Source: Octopus bimaculoides (taxonomy: Eukaryota). Taken from it: a stretch of DNA of 64,000 nt. Positions 12,518 to 26,125 of this stretch are shown here, one piece after another. The stretch lies in assembly GCF_001194135.2 (NCBI RefSeq), contig NC_068991.1, positions 5,853,513-5,917,512 of the forward strand, written 5' to 3'. The position numbers and the translations under genes are program-made. The notes under the pieces are model-generated. The model was not told the DNA's origin, searched no databases, and saw nothing but the letters and a program-made list of their open reading frames with translations. How positions within the stretch are numbered: position 1 is the first letter of the stretch; every line of letters begins with the position of its first letter.

Positions 12518-12940
12518 TAGATCGCTGACCACAACATTCAAATGTTTTTCTCCGTGTTTTTCTCCTTATTCTTTCTGTTGAAGAGCGTAGCTCGAAACGT
12601 TAAAGACTTTCTCTATTCCCGAGCGTTAAACTAATACATCCTTTTGTTGTTTACACCACCTGTCCTCGTCTGTTGTTGTTTTTTTCGTAAATTCTCCCAT
12701 TGTTTACACCACCTGTCCTCGTCTGTTGTTTTCTTCGTAAATTCTCCCATATATATATATGGGAGAATTTACGAAAAAAACAACAGATGAAGACAGGTGG
12801 GGTAAACAACAAAAGGATGTATTAGTTTAACGCTCGGGAATAGAGAAAGTCTTTGACGTTTCGAGCCTATGCTCTTCAACTGAATGGAACACAGAAAGAA
12901 ACAAAGAGAAAAAAATATAAATGTAGTGGTCAGCGATCTA
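12518..12940. mobile_element. Tail-to-tail pair of Penelope-like family-1 repeats around (TA)n, each with a hammerhead-like motif
   Basis: 12518..12750 (+) and 12759..12940 (-) are imperfect inverted copies; tandem duplication of about 50 bp at the 3' end of the left copy. Confidence 0.7.
12570..12606 (+). ncRNA. Minimal type-I hammerhead ribozyme-like motif, A6U core variant (predicted GUU site after 12601)
   Basis: Stem I UCUUU/AAAGA; core CUGUUGA plus extra A; stem II GAGC-gua-GCUC; GAAA; palindromic ACGU stem III. Confidence 0.6.
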
Positions 12941-13661
12941 TCATGGTGAATGCTGGACAGAAGGAACATGTATAAACATATAATTTAAATATAGGATAAA
13001 ATCTTTATAAGATTTTATCAAGTAGTTAGCGTGAAAAACCTTCAAAGGGAAAAATTTATATATGTATAAATAACTATATTATATTATTAATATCAATATA
13101 AATATATATNNNNNNNNNNNNNNNNNNNNNNNNNNNNNNNNNNNNNNNNNNNNNNNNNNNNNNNNNNNNNNNNNNNNNNNNNNNNNNNNNNNNNNNNNNN
13201 NNNNNNNNNNNNNNNNNNNNNNNNNNNNNNNNNNNNNNNNNNNNNNNNNNNNNNNNNNNNNNNNNNNNNNNNNNNNNNNNNNNNNNNNNNNNNNNNNNNN
13301 NNNNNNNNNNNNNNNNNNNNNNNNNNNNNNNNNNNNNNNNNNNNNNNNNNNNNNNNNNNNNNNNNNNNNNNNNNNNNNNNNNNNNNNNNNNNNNNNNNNN
13401 NNNNNNNNNNNNNNNNNNNNNNNNNNNNNNNNNNNNNNNNNNNNNNNNNNNNNNNNNNNNNNNNNNNNNNNNNNNNNNNNNNNNNNNNNNNNNNNNNNNN
13501 NNNNNNNNNNNNNNNNNNNNNNNNNNNNNNNNNNNNNNNNNNNNNNNNNNNNNNNNNNNNTCGGGGTGTCAGTTGAGAGACGTGCTTTCCAGTAAGTAAA
13601 TTAACATCTCAGGGCTGCACTACGTAGTATGTAATTACTATAATTCGTACATTTGAAACAG

Positions 13662-13970
13662 TGAAAGCACGTGGCTTAGCGTTCGGGGAAATTCGAAAGG
13701 TCGTGAGTTCAGTTCCCGGCGACGCGTTGTGTCCTTGAGCAAGACACTTCATTTCATGTTGCTCCAGTTCACTCAGCTGGCAAAAATGAGTAGTACCTTT
13801 TTTTTTTCAAAGGGCCAGCCCTATCCTATTCTGTGTCACACTGAATCACCCTGAGGACTACGTTAAGGGCATGTGTGTCTGTGGAGTACTCTGCCACTTG
13901 CATGTTAATTTCACGCGCAGGCTGTTCCGTTGATCGGATCAACTGGAACATTCGTAACCGACGGATTGTC
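13662..13970 (+). mobile_element. tRNA-derived SINE with CORE-like middle domain
   Basis: gtggcttag..gtgagttcagttcccggcgacgcgttgtgtccttgagcaagacacttcatttc..ctcagctggcaaaaatgagt; related copies near 18990..19335 (-), 20375..20600 (+) and 32640..32810 (-). Confidence 0.65.
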
Positions 13971-14908
13971 AGTTACATTTGAAACAGTCCAATGCATAAA
14001 AATAAATAACATGACGTAACAGAATATGTAGCGAGCATGTTTCCAGTTTGGCTTTTTACCGTTAAGTACCCACGTTTTGGCTCATCACATGATGGTCAAG
14101 TCTCTCTAGCTTTACGCGGGTTGTCCACCCAACCACATGATAGACCAGCCAAGCGCATTACCCTAAACCAGCCGAGCACGTTACCCTCAGCTATATAAGG
14201 AATCTTTTCCTGCTATTTTCTCAGTCAGGCGGGTTTTGCACGATCGAGTTTGGATCTTCGGCAGAGAGCAATTGTTTTACAGGCATCCTCAGCTATTCCT
14301 TTGACGCGTACATTTGTTCTTGTCCTCGAGCAGAAGTTATGTCTCGTATTTGTTTCTCCTGTTCTCTCCAGCACACATCATCATCATGTACCAACTGCAT
14401 GTTAAACCTTTGTGTCTATATTTGGTAGACGGAAACTGAAAGAAGCTTGTCGTATGTGTGTGTGTGTGTGTGTGTGCGCGTGCGCGGGTGTGTGTGTGTA
14501 TGTCTGTGTTTGTCCCCCACCATCGGTTGATAATTGATGACGGTGTGTTTACGTTCCTGTAACCTTGTGGTTCGGCAAAAGAGATCGATAAAATAAGCGT
14601 TAGACTTCAAAGAATAAGTCCAGGGGTTGATTTCTTCGACTAAAACTTTTTAAGGCGGTACTCCAGCGTGACTGCAGTCAAATGAGTGAAACAAGCAAAA
14701 GAATAAAAGAAAACACACACACATATATATACATACATATATATACGGCAGGCTTCTTTCAGTTTCCGTCTACCAAATCCACTCACAAGGCTTTGGTTGG
14801 CCCGAGGTTATAGTAGAAAACACTTGCCTAAGGTGCCATGCTGTGGGATTGAACCCGGAGCCATGTTGTTAGTAAGCAAGGTACTTACCACACAGCCACT
14901 CCTGCGCC

Positions 14909-14972
<64 letters not shown>

Positions 14973-15282
14973 GATTCGTCTAACATAGGAAAGAATTTCA
15001 GAAGTACATGTGTAATAAAAGATTTTCGGTATGTAATAGCAATCCAAGAGTCTAGAAAGTTGCGACCCAAATTAGGTCATGGCATAATTCTGAATGGGTC
15101 GCAAAGTCAGAAATATTTACTTTTGCGTTATTCTATACAATGTAAATGTTCTTTAATATCTTGTACATAGATTTAGGCTAAGAGACACACCACGATATTT
15201 GCAGAAAGCTAAAACTGGGAGAATATCAAATGTTATCTTTTATTCAGTTTAAACAAAAGAAAAAAAAATTGTTTTCTATAGG

Positions 15283-15950
15283 TGCAGGTATGACTGCGTG
15301 GTTAAGAAGCTTGTTTCGCAACCATGTGGTTTTGGGTTCAGTCCCACTGCGTGGCACCTAGACCAAGTGTTTTCTACTTGAAGCCCCGGGCCGTCTCACG
15401 ACTTGTGAGTGAATTTGGTTGACGGAAACGGTGAAGCCCGTCTATACATACATACATACATACATACATACATACATGTATGCATGCATACATACACACA
15501 CATACATACACACATACATACATAAATGCATGCATGCATACACACATACATACATACATACATACATACGTACGTACGTACGTACGTACGTACGTACAGA
15601 CATGCATACATACATGCTACATAAATACATACATACATACATGCATACATATATGCATACATGCGTACAGACAAGCATACATGCATACACACACACATAC
15701 ATACATACATACATACATACATACATACATACATACATACATGTCTGTGTGTTTGGCCTGAACCGTGTGCTTAGCAATCGGTTTGTTTACGTCCTCGTAA
15801 CTTAGCGGTTTGGCACAAGAAGCCGATAGAATAAAAAAAAACAAGCTTTAATATAATAAAAGTACTGAAGATGGATCGATCTATTCGACTAAAAACATTT
15901 TCAAAGCGGTGCTCCAGCATGACCGCAATCCAATGGGTGAAACAAGTGAA
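15283..15950 (+). mobile_element. tRNA-derived SINE family A copy with internal (TACA)n expansion (about 15445..15740)
   Basis: Head gtgtggttaagaagcttg..gggttcagtcccactgcgtggcacc; tail gcggtgctccagcatg..gaaacaagt; interrupted by about 300 bp of (TACA)/(TACG)/(TGCA) repeats. Confidence 0.8.
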
Positions 15951-16147
15951 AAAATATCGGAGAGAACGTATCTATTTCGGCGCCTCTAATGCCAATAATA
16001 ACAACAACAACAATATAGTACCAACCAACAAACAGTAAATGCGGCCAGCCTGGCGGTTAATCGTCAACAGGTTAACTAGACACATCATCCCCGCCTAAGC
16101 TGACAGCAAGCGTTCGGTAATCATCGGCAAAGTCCGGAGTGGTGAGT
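15950..16147 (+). promoter_or_regulatory. CpG-rich putative ZIP9 promoter / non-coding first exon with donor GTG|GTGAGT at 16142
   Basis: Locally GC- and CpG-rich non-repeat sequence 1.2 kb upstream of the ATG, ending in a near-consensus splice donor. Confidence 0.35.
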
Positions 16148-16771
16148 GCTCGTTGTCGTGTGGTTTATCTCCCTTAGATTAGATTCTCGTTATGGCTGGC
16201 TGGCCTGAAACATCCCTAAGTACCAGCCGCCTCTTGTCTACTGGAAAGGCAACAACACCATAAACAAAACATTATACACCAAACAGGAGGCCTTAGACAC
16301 AGGCGAAAACATATTCCTACCATCCACACAAACATCAAGGTATCCAATCATTCTATTATTGTTAAAATATAACTAGAGCAATGCTCTGACTACCCAAACG
16401 GCAACAATAATAACAAGAAGTGGACGTATATAAGTTAATAACGTCAACAAAATCCATACAGTATATAATATATTTGTATTATATATAATAATAGTTAAGC
16501 TTGGCATTAGCGTTGAAGGATCTGTGCTATTTTAGATTGTAATTCCTGGTGTTAACTATTAGATTAATAGACACACGCACATATATATATATATATATGT
16601 TGATGAGAAATGCAATTAAGTTAAGGTGCTTCCTGGAAACAGCATCTCGAACCTATTTTCTACCACTTCCTCTTCGTCTTTAATACTGTATACACACACA
16701 GTTTTCTGCTCAATTGTAAGTTTATTTTGTTTATTTAATAACTTGTCTTTTTGTATGTTTTTTTAGCTACT

Positions 16772-16807
<36 letters not shown>

Positions 16808-17167
16808 GCACACGGACAGATAGATAAATTCTGTAGTCATTACATACACATGTACTTCAATTTATATCATCGTTACACATTGTCAAACATACATAAACAC
16901 ATAACAATTGTATAGAGTAGCTGCTCTTATTTACGTANNNNNNNNNNNNNNNNNNNNNNNNNNNNNNNNNNNNNNNNNNNNNNNNNNNNNNNNNNNNNNN
17001 NNNNNNNNNNNNNNNNNNNNNNNNNNNNNNNNNNNNNNNNNNNNNNNNNNNNNNNNNNNNNNNNNNNNNNNNNNNNNNNNNNNNNNNNNNNNNNNNNNNN
17101 NNNNNNNNNNNNNNNNNNNNNNNNNNNNNNNNNNNNNNNNNNNNNNNNNNNNNNNNNNNNNNNNNNN

Positions 17168-17212
<45 letters not shown>

Positions 17213-17344
17213 TACGCCAAGTTCTTGACTGGTGTGGTCGTGTCAGCGTATATATATATATATGTTTAGGACAGCATATATAACTGACAACTTGCTTTTG
17301 GCTAACTTCTAAAGAAGAAGGCAAAACAGCTGGACATTACCGAC

Positions 17345-17440
17345 ATGGATAATACCTGGACTTTACTCATTCTTTCTTTGGCCATGCTACTAGGATGTTA
17401 TATATCTGGCGTTATACCGTTGGCATTCCATTTCACAGAG
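17345..17440 (+). CDS. SLC39A9: ZIP9 coding exon 1 (96 nt, [32 protein letters not shown])
   Basis: gacATGG start and GAG|gtaagt donor; matches ZIP9 TM1 (LSLAMLxGCYxxGxIPLA). Confidence 0.95.
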
Positions 17441-20400
17441 GTAAGTGATCAACGTGGGACATTCAGTAGATCCCATTTGCACCTTGGACTTCATTATATT
17501 TTGTTTTTAACGTAATCTAATCTGTAAACAGTCTGCTTTACCTATATGAATTCTTTTTCTTCTCTCTATTTCCTCATCGCTTTAATTTTGTCTTTTTCCT
17601 TGCATGCCCGTCTTGTGTCTCTTGTGTGATCATGTCCACACGTTTATGTTAATCTGTAAGTTAAATTAATGTATTTTGTTCAGTCCTGACAATCTCTCTA
17701 GTGTGTATATGTTATTGTACTGGTATGTTGGTGTACCATGAACAGAAATGTCTTAATATATTCAGATCTTTCAACGAGTCTTGCTTGTAAACATTATCTC
17801 TGGTCCCCTTCATGTCCAGTGGCCATCCTGCATATCAGTCTTCCCTACCTGTGAATCGATACTTTCCAAACTCCACTACATCGATCGCACCTATCCACAA
17901 CACCACAAACTAACCAGGGATCCCCTACGTGATCGCTCAACCTGCAAGAAATCGAAACTATATCTCCTTCAAATCATATTCAATCGTTTTAAAACGGATA
18001 CGTTGGATAAAGATAGTTGTCAGCATACTTATATCTTAAAATAAGACTCAATGATCACGGCTGGAACGTCTTTCACCATACGTCTGCTCAATCAGAGCTA
18101 ATCTGCAATTAAACTTCAATAACAACCGGTGCCATCTTTCTGGTATGGGAACATCATCACAAAATATTGGGCCAGACTATTCTGGTTTTAGTAATCCTCC
18201 TATGTATATATTTTGCTATATGTGTAAATATATATGCACGCGTGTATATAAATGTGTGTGTGTAAAATACATGAATTTTCTTTTTAGTGTTATTTATTTT
18301 ATTTTTTTCATATTAATATAGGTTGGCTAGGTCTGCAATGCAGCATTTTATCCATTTTAACGCTCCTCTCATTTCCGAGACCACACGTTCTCAAATCCAG
18401 TTTATTTAAACGCCAGTCTTTCTCAGACAACAATCAACTCTGCATCAATCAACAATGGTCAAAAAATATTCAATAAGTTCAATAATTTCCCAGTGTTTTC
18501 GCTGTAGAATCTATTGACTATCGCAAAAATGACAACACCATGTATTTGTCAATTTCTTTCTCAACCAAACGAAGAATAAGAGAATGGATTCTTCACCACT
18601 CGTGGCAACTGAAATCATTAAACGTTTCCCTCGTCTCTCCTGTATACAGACCATTGTCGCTAATTCAGGCCATCACCATCTCTATTAATAACTCTCTTGT
18701 TTTCAGAGCAATGAAAACTGTCTAGTCATCCTTAAGGATGACTGATGGCTTGCACACTGACTTTGGTTAAGGTGAAGAAGGGTCATGCACTGTCAGTTTT
18801 ACTCACTCATCCATGACCATTTTTAGTCCAGTAGCAAAACCAGGTCAAGACAATTGGGGGATGGAGACAAATGCACTGGATGACCAAGATGTCTTTTGTG
18901 TTTCATCTTGCTCTCTGCTCTCCACAATGTGTGGCTGCAGCAGTTTTCCCTTCTGCTGAACCATGAAGGTTCTTGCCACAGAATCTGCTGGATCCAGTTT
19001 TCATGGGCCCTCATATGCTAATTAACTGATAGCTGGGACCCCTGACAGGTGCTATTACTCTGGGTCAGAGCAGACCCAGTACGGTAAAGGTAAAGTTACT
19101 GTCTCGAGTGATGCTGATTCACAAGGGGCCGGTTCCCCAGTTTCTTTGGCATATATATCCCACACCTGGACAGGAGGCTGGTCCATCACAGGGTTACCCA
19201 TTTTTGCCAGCTTATTGGACTGGAGCAACTTGAAATGAAGTGTTTTGCTCAAGAACACAACGCATCGCCCGGTCCAGGAATCAAAACCACAATCTTACGA
19301 TCAGGATGCTGACACCCTAACCACTAAGCCACACGAGTGAGTAAGGTTGACAGTGCACGACCCTTCTTGACCTTAACCAAAGTCAGTGTGCTAGTCATCA
19401 GTCATCCTTAAGGATGACTAGATGGTTTTCAATGCTCTGATGGATGAACATGAGAGTTATTAATGAATGGTGATGGTCTGGATTAGTGACAATAATCTAT
19501 ATGCAGGAGAGATGAGGGAATAATAAGGGCTAAGAGTTAGTTCCACACTCCTCAAGACCCTGGAACTATCGAGCCAGGGCCCACTACCAGGTGCAGTTTG
19601 GGGTCATACCCATGACTGTCCCCAACTCTAATTATCAGCTAACAACACCCAAGAAGAAAACTAATAAATGCCTAAAATTCACTGATGCTGAAGAAACAGA
19701 AGCCTGGTCAGATGCAGTTTAGCCCAAAGCTGTTTATAAATGACCCTAAGCCTGAACTGTTGTTGTTTGTTCTTTCTCAAGCCATGCCTGGCTCATAAGC
19801 GGTTTCATTGGCGCATAGATTCCCCACCTGGACGGGACGCCGGTCCGTCGCAGGTGAGCTACTAGATGCAGGAGGAAAGAGTGGGAGAAAGATGTGGCGA
19901 AAGAATCAACAGAAGTTTGCCATTACCTTCTGTCGGAGCTGCATGGAGCTTAGGTGTTTCGCTCATAAACACACACATCATCCGGTCTGAGATTCGAACC
20001 CATGATCCCTCGACCGCAAGTCCACTGCTCTAACCACTAGCCCATGTGTCTCCACAACTACCTAACCGGGTGTATCATATTTGCTCTGCTTTTCTAATTT
20101 GTGTTGCTTATGAAGAATGTTATTTGTTCCTTCTCGAGCCATTCTTGGCTCATAAGGGCTAGTTTTCCTGGTTTCATCGGCGTATAAGTTCCCCACCTGG
20201 ACGGGTCTGAGATTCGAACTCATGATCCCTTGACCACAAATCCACTGCTCTAACTACTAGGCCATGTGGCTCCACTAAACCTGAACTAGTTCACCCAAAA
20301 TACTTTCGTTTTCTGTATAGCATCCAAACAATCATTAAGCTGAAAGCCGTCCTCCTATATTTTGCAGTGAAGGTGCATTGTTTAGTGGTTAAGGTGTTGG

Positions 20401-23400
20401 ACTCATGATCAAAAGATTGTGGTTTCAATTCCTGGACCAGGCAATGGTTTTGTGCTCTTGAGCCAAACACTTCATTTCACGTTGTTCCAGTTCACTCAGC
20501 TGGTAAAATGGAGTAACCCTGCAACAGACTAGTGTCCCATCCAGGGGGAAAATATACGCACCACAGAAACGGGGAAAACTGGCCCATTGACTGTATATGA
20601 CTATGGAAGGATCTTTGTCCTGTCTTTTTTTATATCTTACATCTTACAACAACCACAAGAGTGTTCATTTGAATATTTAAAGCAGTGGTTCTCAAAGTGG
20701 GCAGTAGAGCCCCCCCCCCCCCCCCNNNNNNNNNNCCCCCCACTGGGGGGGAAAGGTCCAAGGGGGCATTGAAGAAAAGTGGGGCGATGATAGGGTAGCG
20801 ATCCATGTAAAAATTAGGGAAATAATGGAGTGGAAATTCATGTGAAAACAAACAAAATAATGGGTTCATTAGGTTAAGTTTTCCAACTAAGGTTTAGTGT
20901 GCATGTTTCTTTATTTAAATTCTGTGCAATCAAAGATGATCCAGGGGCAGGGCTTGTGAAATTAGGTTTCTGTTAGAGGTGAAGGTGTAGGAATGTGGTT
21001 AAGAAATTTGCATCCCAATCACATGGTCTTAGGTTCAATTGTTGTTACAATGATGCTGTCTGGACAATCCTTTGTCCTTGGATCACTATACAATCAAGTT
21101 CTAATACAGAGATAGTTCATGTTATGAGTAAGGGCTTTTAATGAGGAATACCCTGTAGGTCTGTGGTAAAACGGGTTAAAGATTATAACAATTGTAGATC
21201 ATTATTTACATTTGACGGATATTTGTCCTCATCTTGTTTGTTGTTAACACAATGTTTCCCCAAGACACCTGATGAAGGCTGGAAGATATATCAGCCAAAA
21301 CATTGTGTTAACAACAAACAAGATGAGGACAAATATCCGTCAAATGTAAATAATGTACATAATTCCTCTTCTCTTAAATATAGAACTGAATTGTAGATCA
21401 TTACATCCTTCTAGGTCATGTTGTGAATTGGGTCATTTTGCTATTCAAAACCCTCTGTATTCTGCCAAGTGTGTCCATGACATTAATATTTAAAGTATGA
21501 CTAAGGCAGTGAGCCAACTGTATGGTTAGTGTGCCAGGCAGAATACTCAGTGGTATTTTGTTCGTCTTTACGTTCTGAGTTCAAATTCCACTGAGGTTCA
21601 CTTTGCCTTTCATCCTTTCAGGGCCAATAAAATAAGCACCAGTTGAGCATTGGGGGTCGATGTAATCAACATACTTCCACCCCCTGGAATTGCTGGCCTT
21701 GTGCTAAAATTTAAAATCAATATTAAAGGTGTGAGTCCTAAACTGCCTGACAACCACAAAGGGATTTTGAATATTGATTGTACAGAAAATGATAATTCAT
21801 ACCAGGTGAATTGTAAATTGAATGAAGATTCAGTTTAAAAAAGCAATTAAACACGTGCCATACTTCCTTACTCTAGCGGTGAGCTGGCAGAATCATTAGC
21901 ATGCTGAACAAAATGCTTAAAGGTATTTCACCCTCGCTATGTACTGAGTTCAAATTCCACCGAGGTCGACTTTGCCTTTCATCCTTTCGGGGTCGATAAA
22001 TTAAGTACCAGTGAAACACTGGGGCCGATGTAATCAACCAGTCCCCTTCCCTGCCAAATTTCAGGTCCTGTACCTATAATAGAAAGGCTTATTCTAGCTT
22101 TCACCATTAACTCTTTACCTGTATTACCTGTGTTGTACAGGATATATTTCCCTGGCGATATACATTACCCATTTTTTTTCAGCAACCAGACTAACTTAGG
22201 ACTTATGTAAGGAAAGCTTTATGTTGCTCAGAACATATAAAGCGAGCCCTGACTAAAACTCTGCGAACAAGCACTGGGTTTTAGGACAAACATGTAAAAA
22301 TTCATTGGGACAAGCAAAAAATGAAACAAAATTTTTAATCATCAACCTTACAGGTAGACATTTAATTTATGTTAGCTCTAAACTAGAGATAGTTGATACT
22401 ACAACAGCTTTTGTTTGGTTTTAAAGATACACCAGCTCTTCAGTTTTATTGTGGTTAACAGACCTTATTAACACCAATTTAATTGGTGCAGACATTCTGA
22501 AGAAGTAGATCACGTTACAATGTTTCTGAATATTTACCATTTAAATAAAAGATTATATTGATTAAATTCCAGTGTTGGTTACAGTTAAACATAAATTTAT
22601 TCAGCAGATCAAGTTGTATCTAACCAGCCAGCCAGCTAGCTAGCCATTTTCTCTGTTTGCTATTCCTGGGAGGGTAATGGAGTAGAATCTTCAAGCACTT
22701 CCTTGACCAGTGTCCAATCAGAAGCAACCGTTATTACACTTTCCTGTTGGATTCCTTAAAGGTGACTAACTGAAATTGTGGATATTGTCCAAGCGTCTTA
22801 TTCTTGCTCTGCCCCTGGGTCTCCTGCCAGTTGGCTCAGCTTGAAAAATCCATCTTGAGACTCATTGTCCACATTACCAGAGCTGTAGCCTCTTAGTGTG
22901 GAAAAATAGTGGCTCCACCTGGATAGACTCCCTTATCTCTAAGCTAAGAATCCTGTAGAGTAACATTCCTCCAGAGATCCTTCAGAGGAACCTCATTTCA
23001 GGCACTTGTATTCAGATCATACTCATTTGGTCATTGTCCAGTTGTAGTACATATTAAAAACAAAACCTAAACAAAATAATGTAAAAAGCACTGCTAACAC
23101 AGTAGGACATGGTGTTGACTTATAAAAACATTTGATATACTTTATAGACTATTATGGTTGCATAATGAAATACCACATGCCTGCAAATCATTAGATGAAA
23201 GTTAAATTCATAATCTTGAAGTAACTGGAATTATAATTCTTTTCTACTGTAGGCACAAGGCCTGAAATTGTTTTTTTTTGGTGGGGGGGGCAGTCGATTA
23301 GATCGACCCCAGTATGCAACTGGTACTTAATTTACTGACCCCGAAAGGATGAAAAGCAAAGTCGACCTCGGCTGAATTTGAACTCAGAACATAAAGATAG

Positions 23401-23773
23401 ATGAAATTCAGAAAATGCAATTATTGCTACGTTGCAAAGAACCATTGTATTAATTAACCTAAATACAAGGTCCAGTCAAAAAGCATCAGGACTGGTGCTA
23501 CAAAAAGAAAACTACAACCTAAAGCAGTTTGGCATTTAATCTCCTTTGAAGTAGTCCCTTTCTGAAGCCACTCACTTTATCCAGCATTGTTCCATTGAAG
23601 GAATGCATTCCTGGAACTCCTTTTTTTTAGGGATAGTGAGCAGCTGCCTCGTTGCATTCTTTTGGATTTCCTCAGCATCTTGAAATCTTGTTCCTTTTAA
23701 GTGGGATTTGATTTTTGGGAAGATTTTTGGCTAAAATAACCTTAAAGCCATGTCTCTTTCCACACATGCACTT

Positions 23774-23804
<31 letters not shown>

Positions 23805-24970
23805 TCTGCCATTTTCACTAATGGAGCCTCTGTGGTGTGGTTAGATGACCACACCCTACACACTTCACTTCCAAACACTGTTATAAACCACGGAAGCGAG
23901 GGAGAACCTTATAACTGTGCATGCGCAACAGAGTTCAAGGCCATGCTGTGCCAAGCAGCTTCACACTGCGTACTTTAGCTCTGTTACCATAGCAACAGCC
24001 CCAATATTTTTTGATCAAGCCTCATAAATTCATTAATTATATGTCATCCATTGATTTGATAAAAATTAATATTTCAAAGAATTGAGATTAACCCTTTCGT
24101 TACCAACCTGGCTGAAACCAGCTCTGGCCCTGTAGTACAAATGTCTTGTTTTCAAAAGTTCTAAGTTAAAATTTTCCACCAAACTTTAGTCACAATTTAT
24201 GTTCCTAACACTAGCTGAATGATAACAAAATTATTTTACTAAATTCTTTGTTATATTTAAAATTAATTAAAAGAAACACAGAGCATCTCAAAATAAATAC
24301 GGTAACGAAAGGGTTAAACCATGCGATATAATATTAGTCTTAGAGACAAGATGTAACGTATTAGTGCTCCTACATGAAAGAAAGTGCTTGGAAAATATTC
24401 CTAATTACTAAACCATTATCACTAGTTTGTACCAAGATTTACAGATGTAGCTGAAATTCCTTTTGCAACAAAAGCAATGTCTTAACTTCACACAGCAAGA
24501 AAAGGTTTTTAAGAAAACAACTTTCTCACACAATATCCTGTTTTGGCAACATTTTTTTATTGAGTGTGAGAGAATGCAAAAAAAAAAAAAAAAAAAAAAC
24601 CCCATAATACTTCTGACTTTGAAGTCACAGGAATAAATGAGTCAGAATGGAAACTCCATAACATGTTTTAGTCAAATGCCTGATGGTACTCAGAGAAACT
24701 GGAGCAACATTAGATGTGAAACCTGTATGGTGACATGGTCTTTTTTGAAGGATTGACATATTTTCTCTTGGCTTCTTTTATCTTTTACTTGTTTCAGTCA
24801 TTGGACTGCAGCCACGCTGGGGCACTGTCTTGAGGGGTTTTAGTCAAACAGATCAATTTCTTGCTGGACCACTAAGTTATGGGGATGCAAACAAACCAAC
24901 ACCAGATGTCAGGCAGTGGTGGGGAACACATTCAAGCACTCACATGTATACATATATATATATGTATGCA

Positions 24971-25035
<65 letters not shown>

Positions 25036-26091
25036 ATATATGTATATATATATATTTATGTGTTTGTGTTTGTCGTCCACCACCTCCACCTCACAGCCAG
25101 TGTTAGTTTGTTTATGTCCCTGTAACTTAGTAGTTCACCAAAAACGACTGATAGATTAAGTGTCAGACTTTTATAAAATAAGTAATGGGATTGTTTCGTT
25201 CAGCCAAAACCCTTCAAAGCCATGCCCCAGCATGGCCACAGTTCAATGGTTGAAACAAGTAAAAAAAAAAAAAAAAAAGAGAGAGAGAGAGAAAAGAAAA
25301 ACGAAGTATAAATATTATTTTAATGAGACATTTAAGTCTGTTTTGATTCCACAAGCTTTTAATATTTGGAGATAAATTTGTTGAATTTTAATATTTGGAG
25401 TTTAAATTAGTTTATGATGAGAGCATCTGAGAATTCTTCAAATTTGAATCAGTCGATCGTGACTTCATTTTGGTCTTTTTTTTATCAGTTTCATGAATGG
25501 ATGTGTTTATTCACATTTGTATGCCGTTCCAAAATGGCAAATGTCACTGGGAAAATTTTATTAGTTCTGAGAAACGGTCACAGAATACTGAGCATCAGAT
25601 ATTAATCATTCCAACACCATTTGGAACTGAGGGCAGCTCATCCAATTTCATTTTCAGTCGAATCACTTAATTGTCAACACAAATAGCACTTAAAATTCCT
25701 TACATCTATCCTCAATGAATAATGGTTTCAAATTTACAGAAGGAAGAACAAATATCTAATGCACATTGTAAAATGGTAAGCATCAGGAAGGGTGCCAAGC
25801 CCTAGAAACCACGTGCAAGATGACATTGGGGTGCAGCTGGTGCAGCTCTGTTTGGTTGGGTCCTGTCAGACTGTCCAACCCATGCCAGCATGGAAGATGG
25901 ATATTAAATGATGATGACGACCACGATGAGGAGACTGGGGCAAAAATAACTGAAGTGATGGATGTAGTAGCCTTCAATTCATGGCTATAATAACGAATTA
26001 GTTTCCTAATTATTCATGGTAATGCTTTGTGCATCAGTGTTTTGTTGGATGGTGTTGAAGAACAAAGACAGAATGGTAAATGGGAGAAAGG

Positions 26092-26125
<34 letters not shown>

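Noticed and set aside
12640-12750. Direct repeats that could suggest a CRISPR-like array
   Set aside because: Only two adjacent copies with no spacer, in a eukaryotic retroelement 3' end.
14038-14400. Possible solo LTR (TG...CA with TATATAAG at about 14192)
   Set aside because: No convincing target-site duplication, polyA signal or second copy in the window.
14797-15844. ORFs rich in YVCM/HTYI/CVCV repeats (also near 24830, 30400, 52249, 54117 and 61039)
   Set aside because: They are translations of (TACA)n, (TG)n and (TA)n microsatellites.
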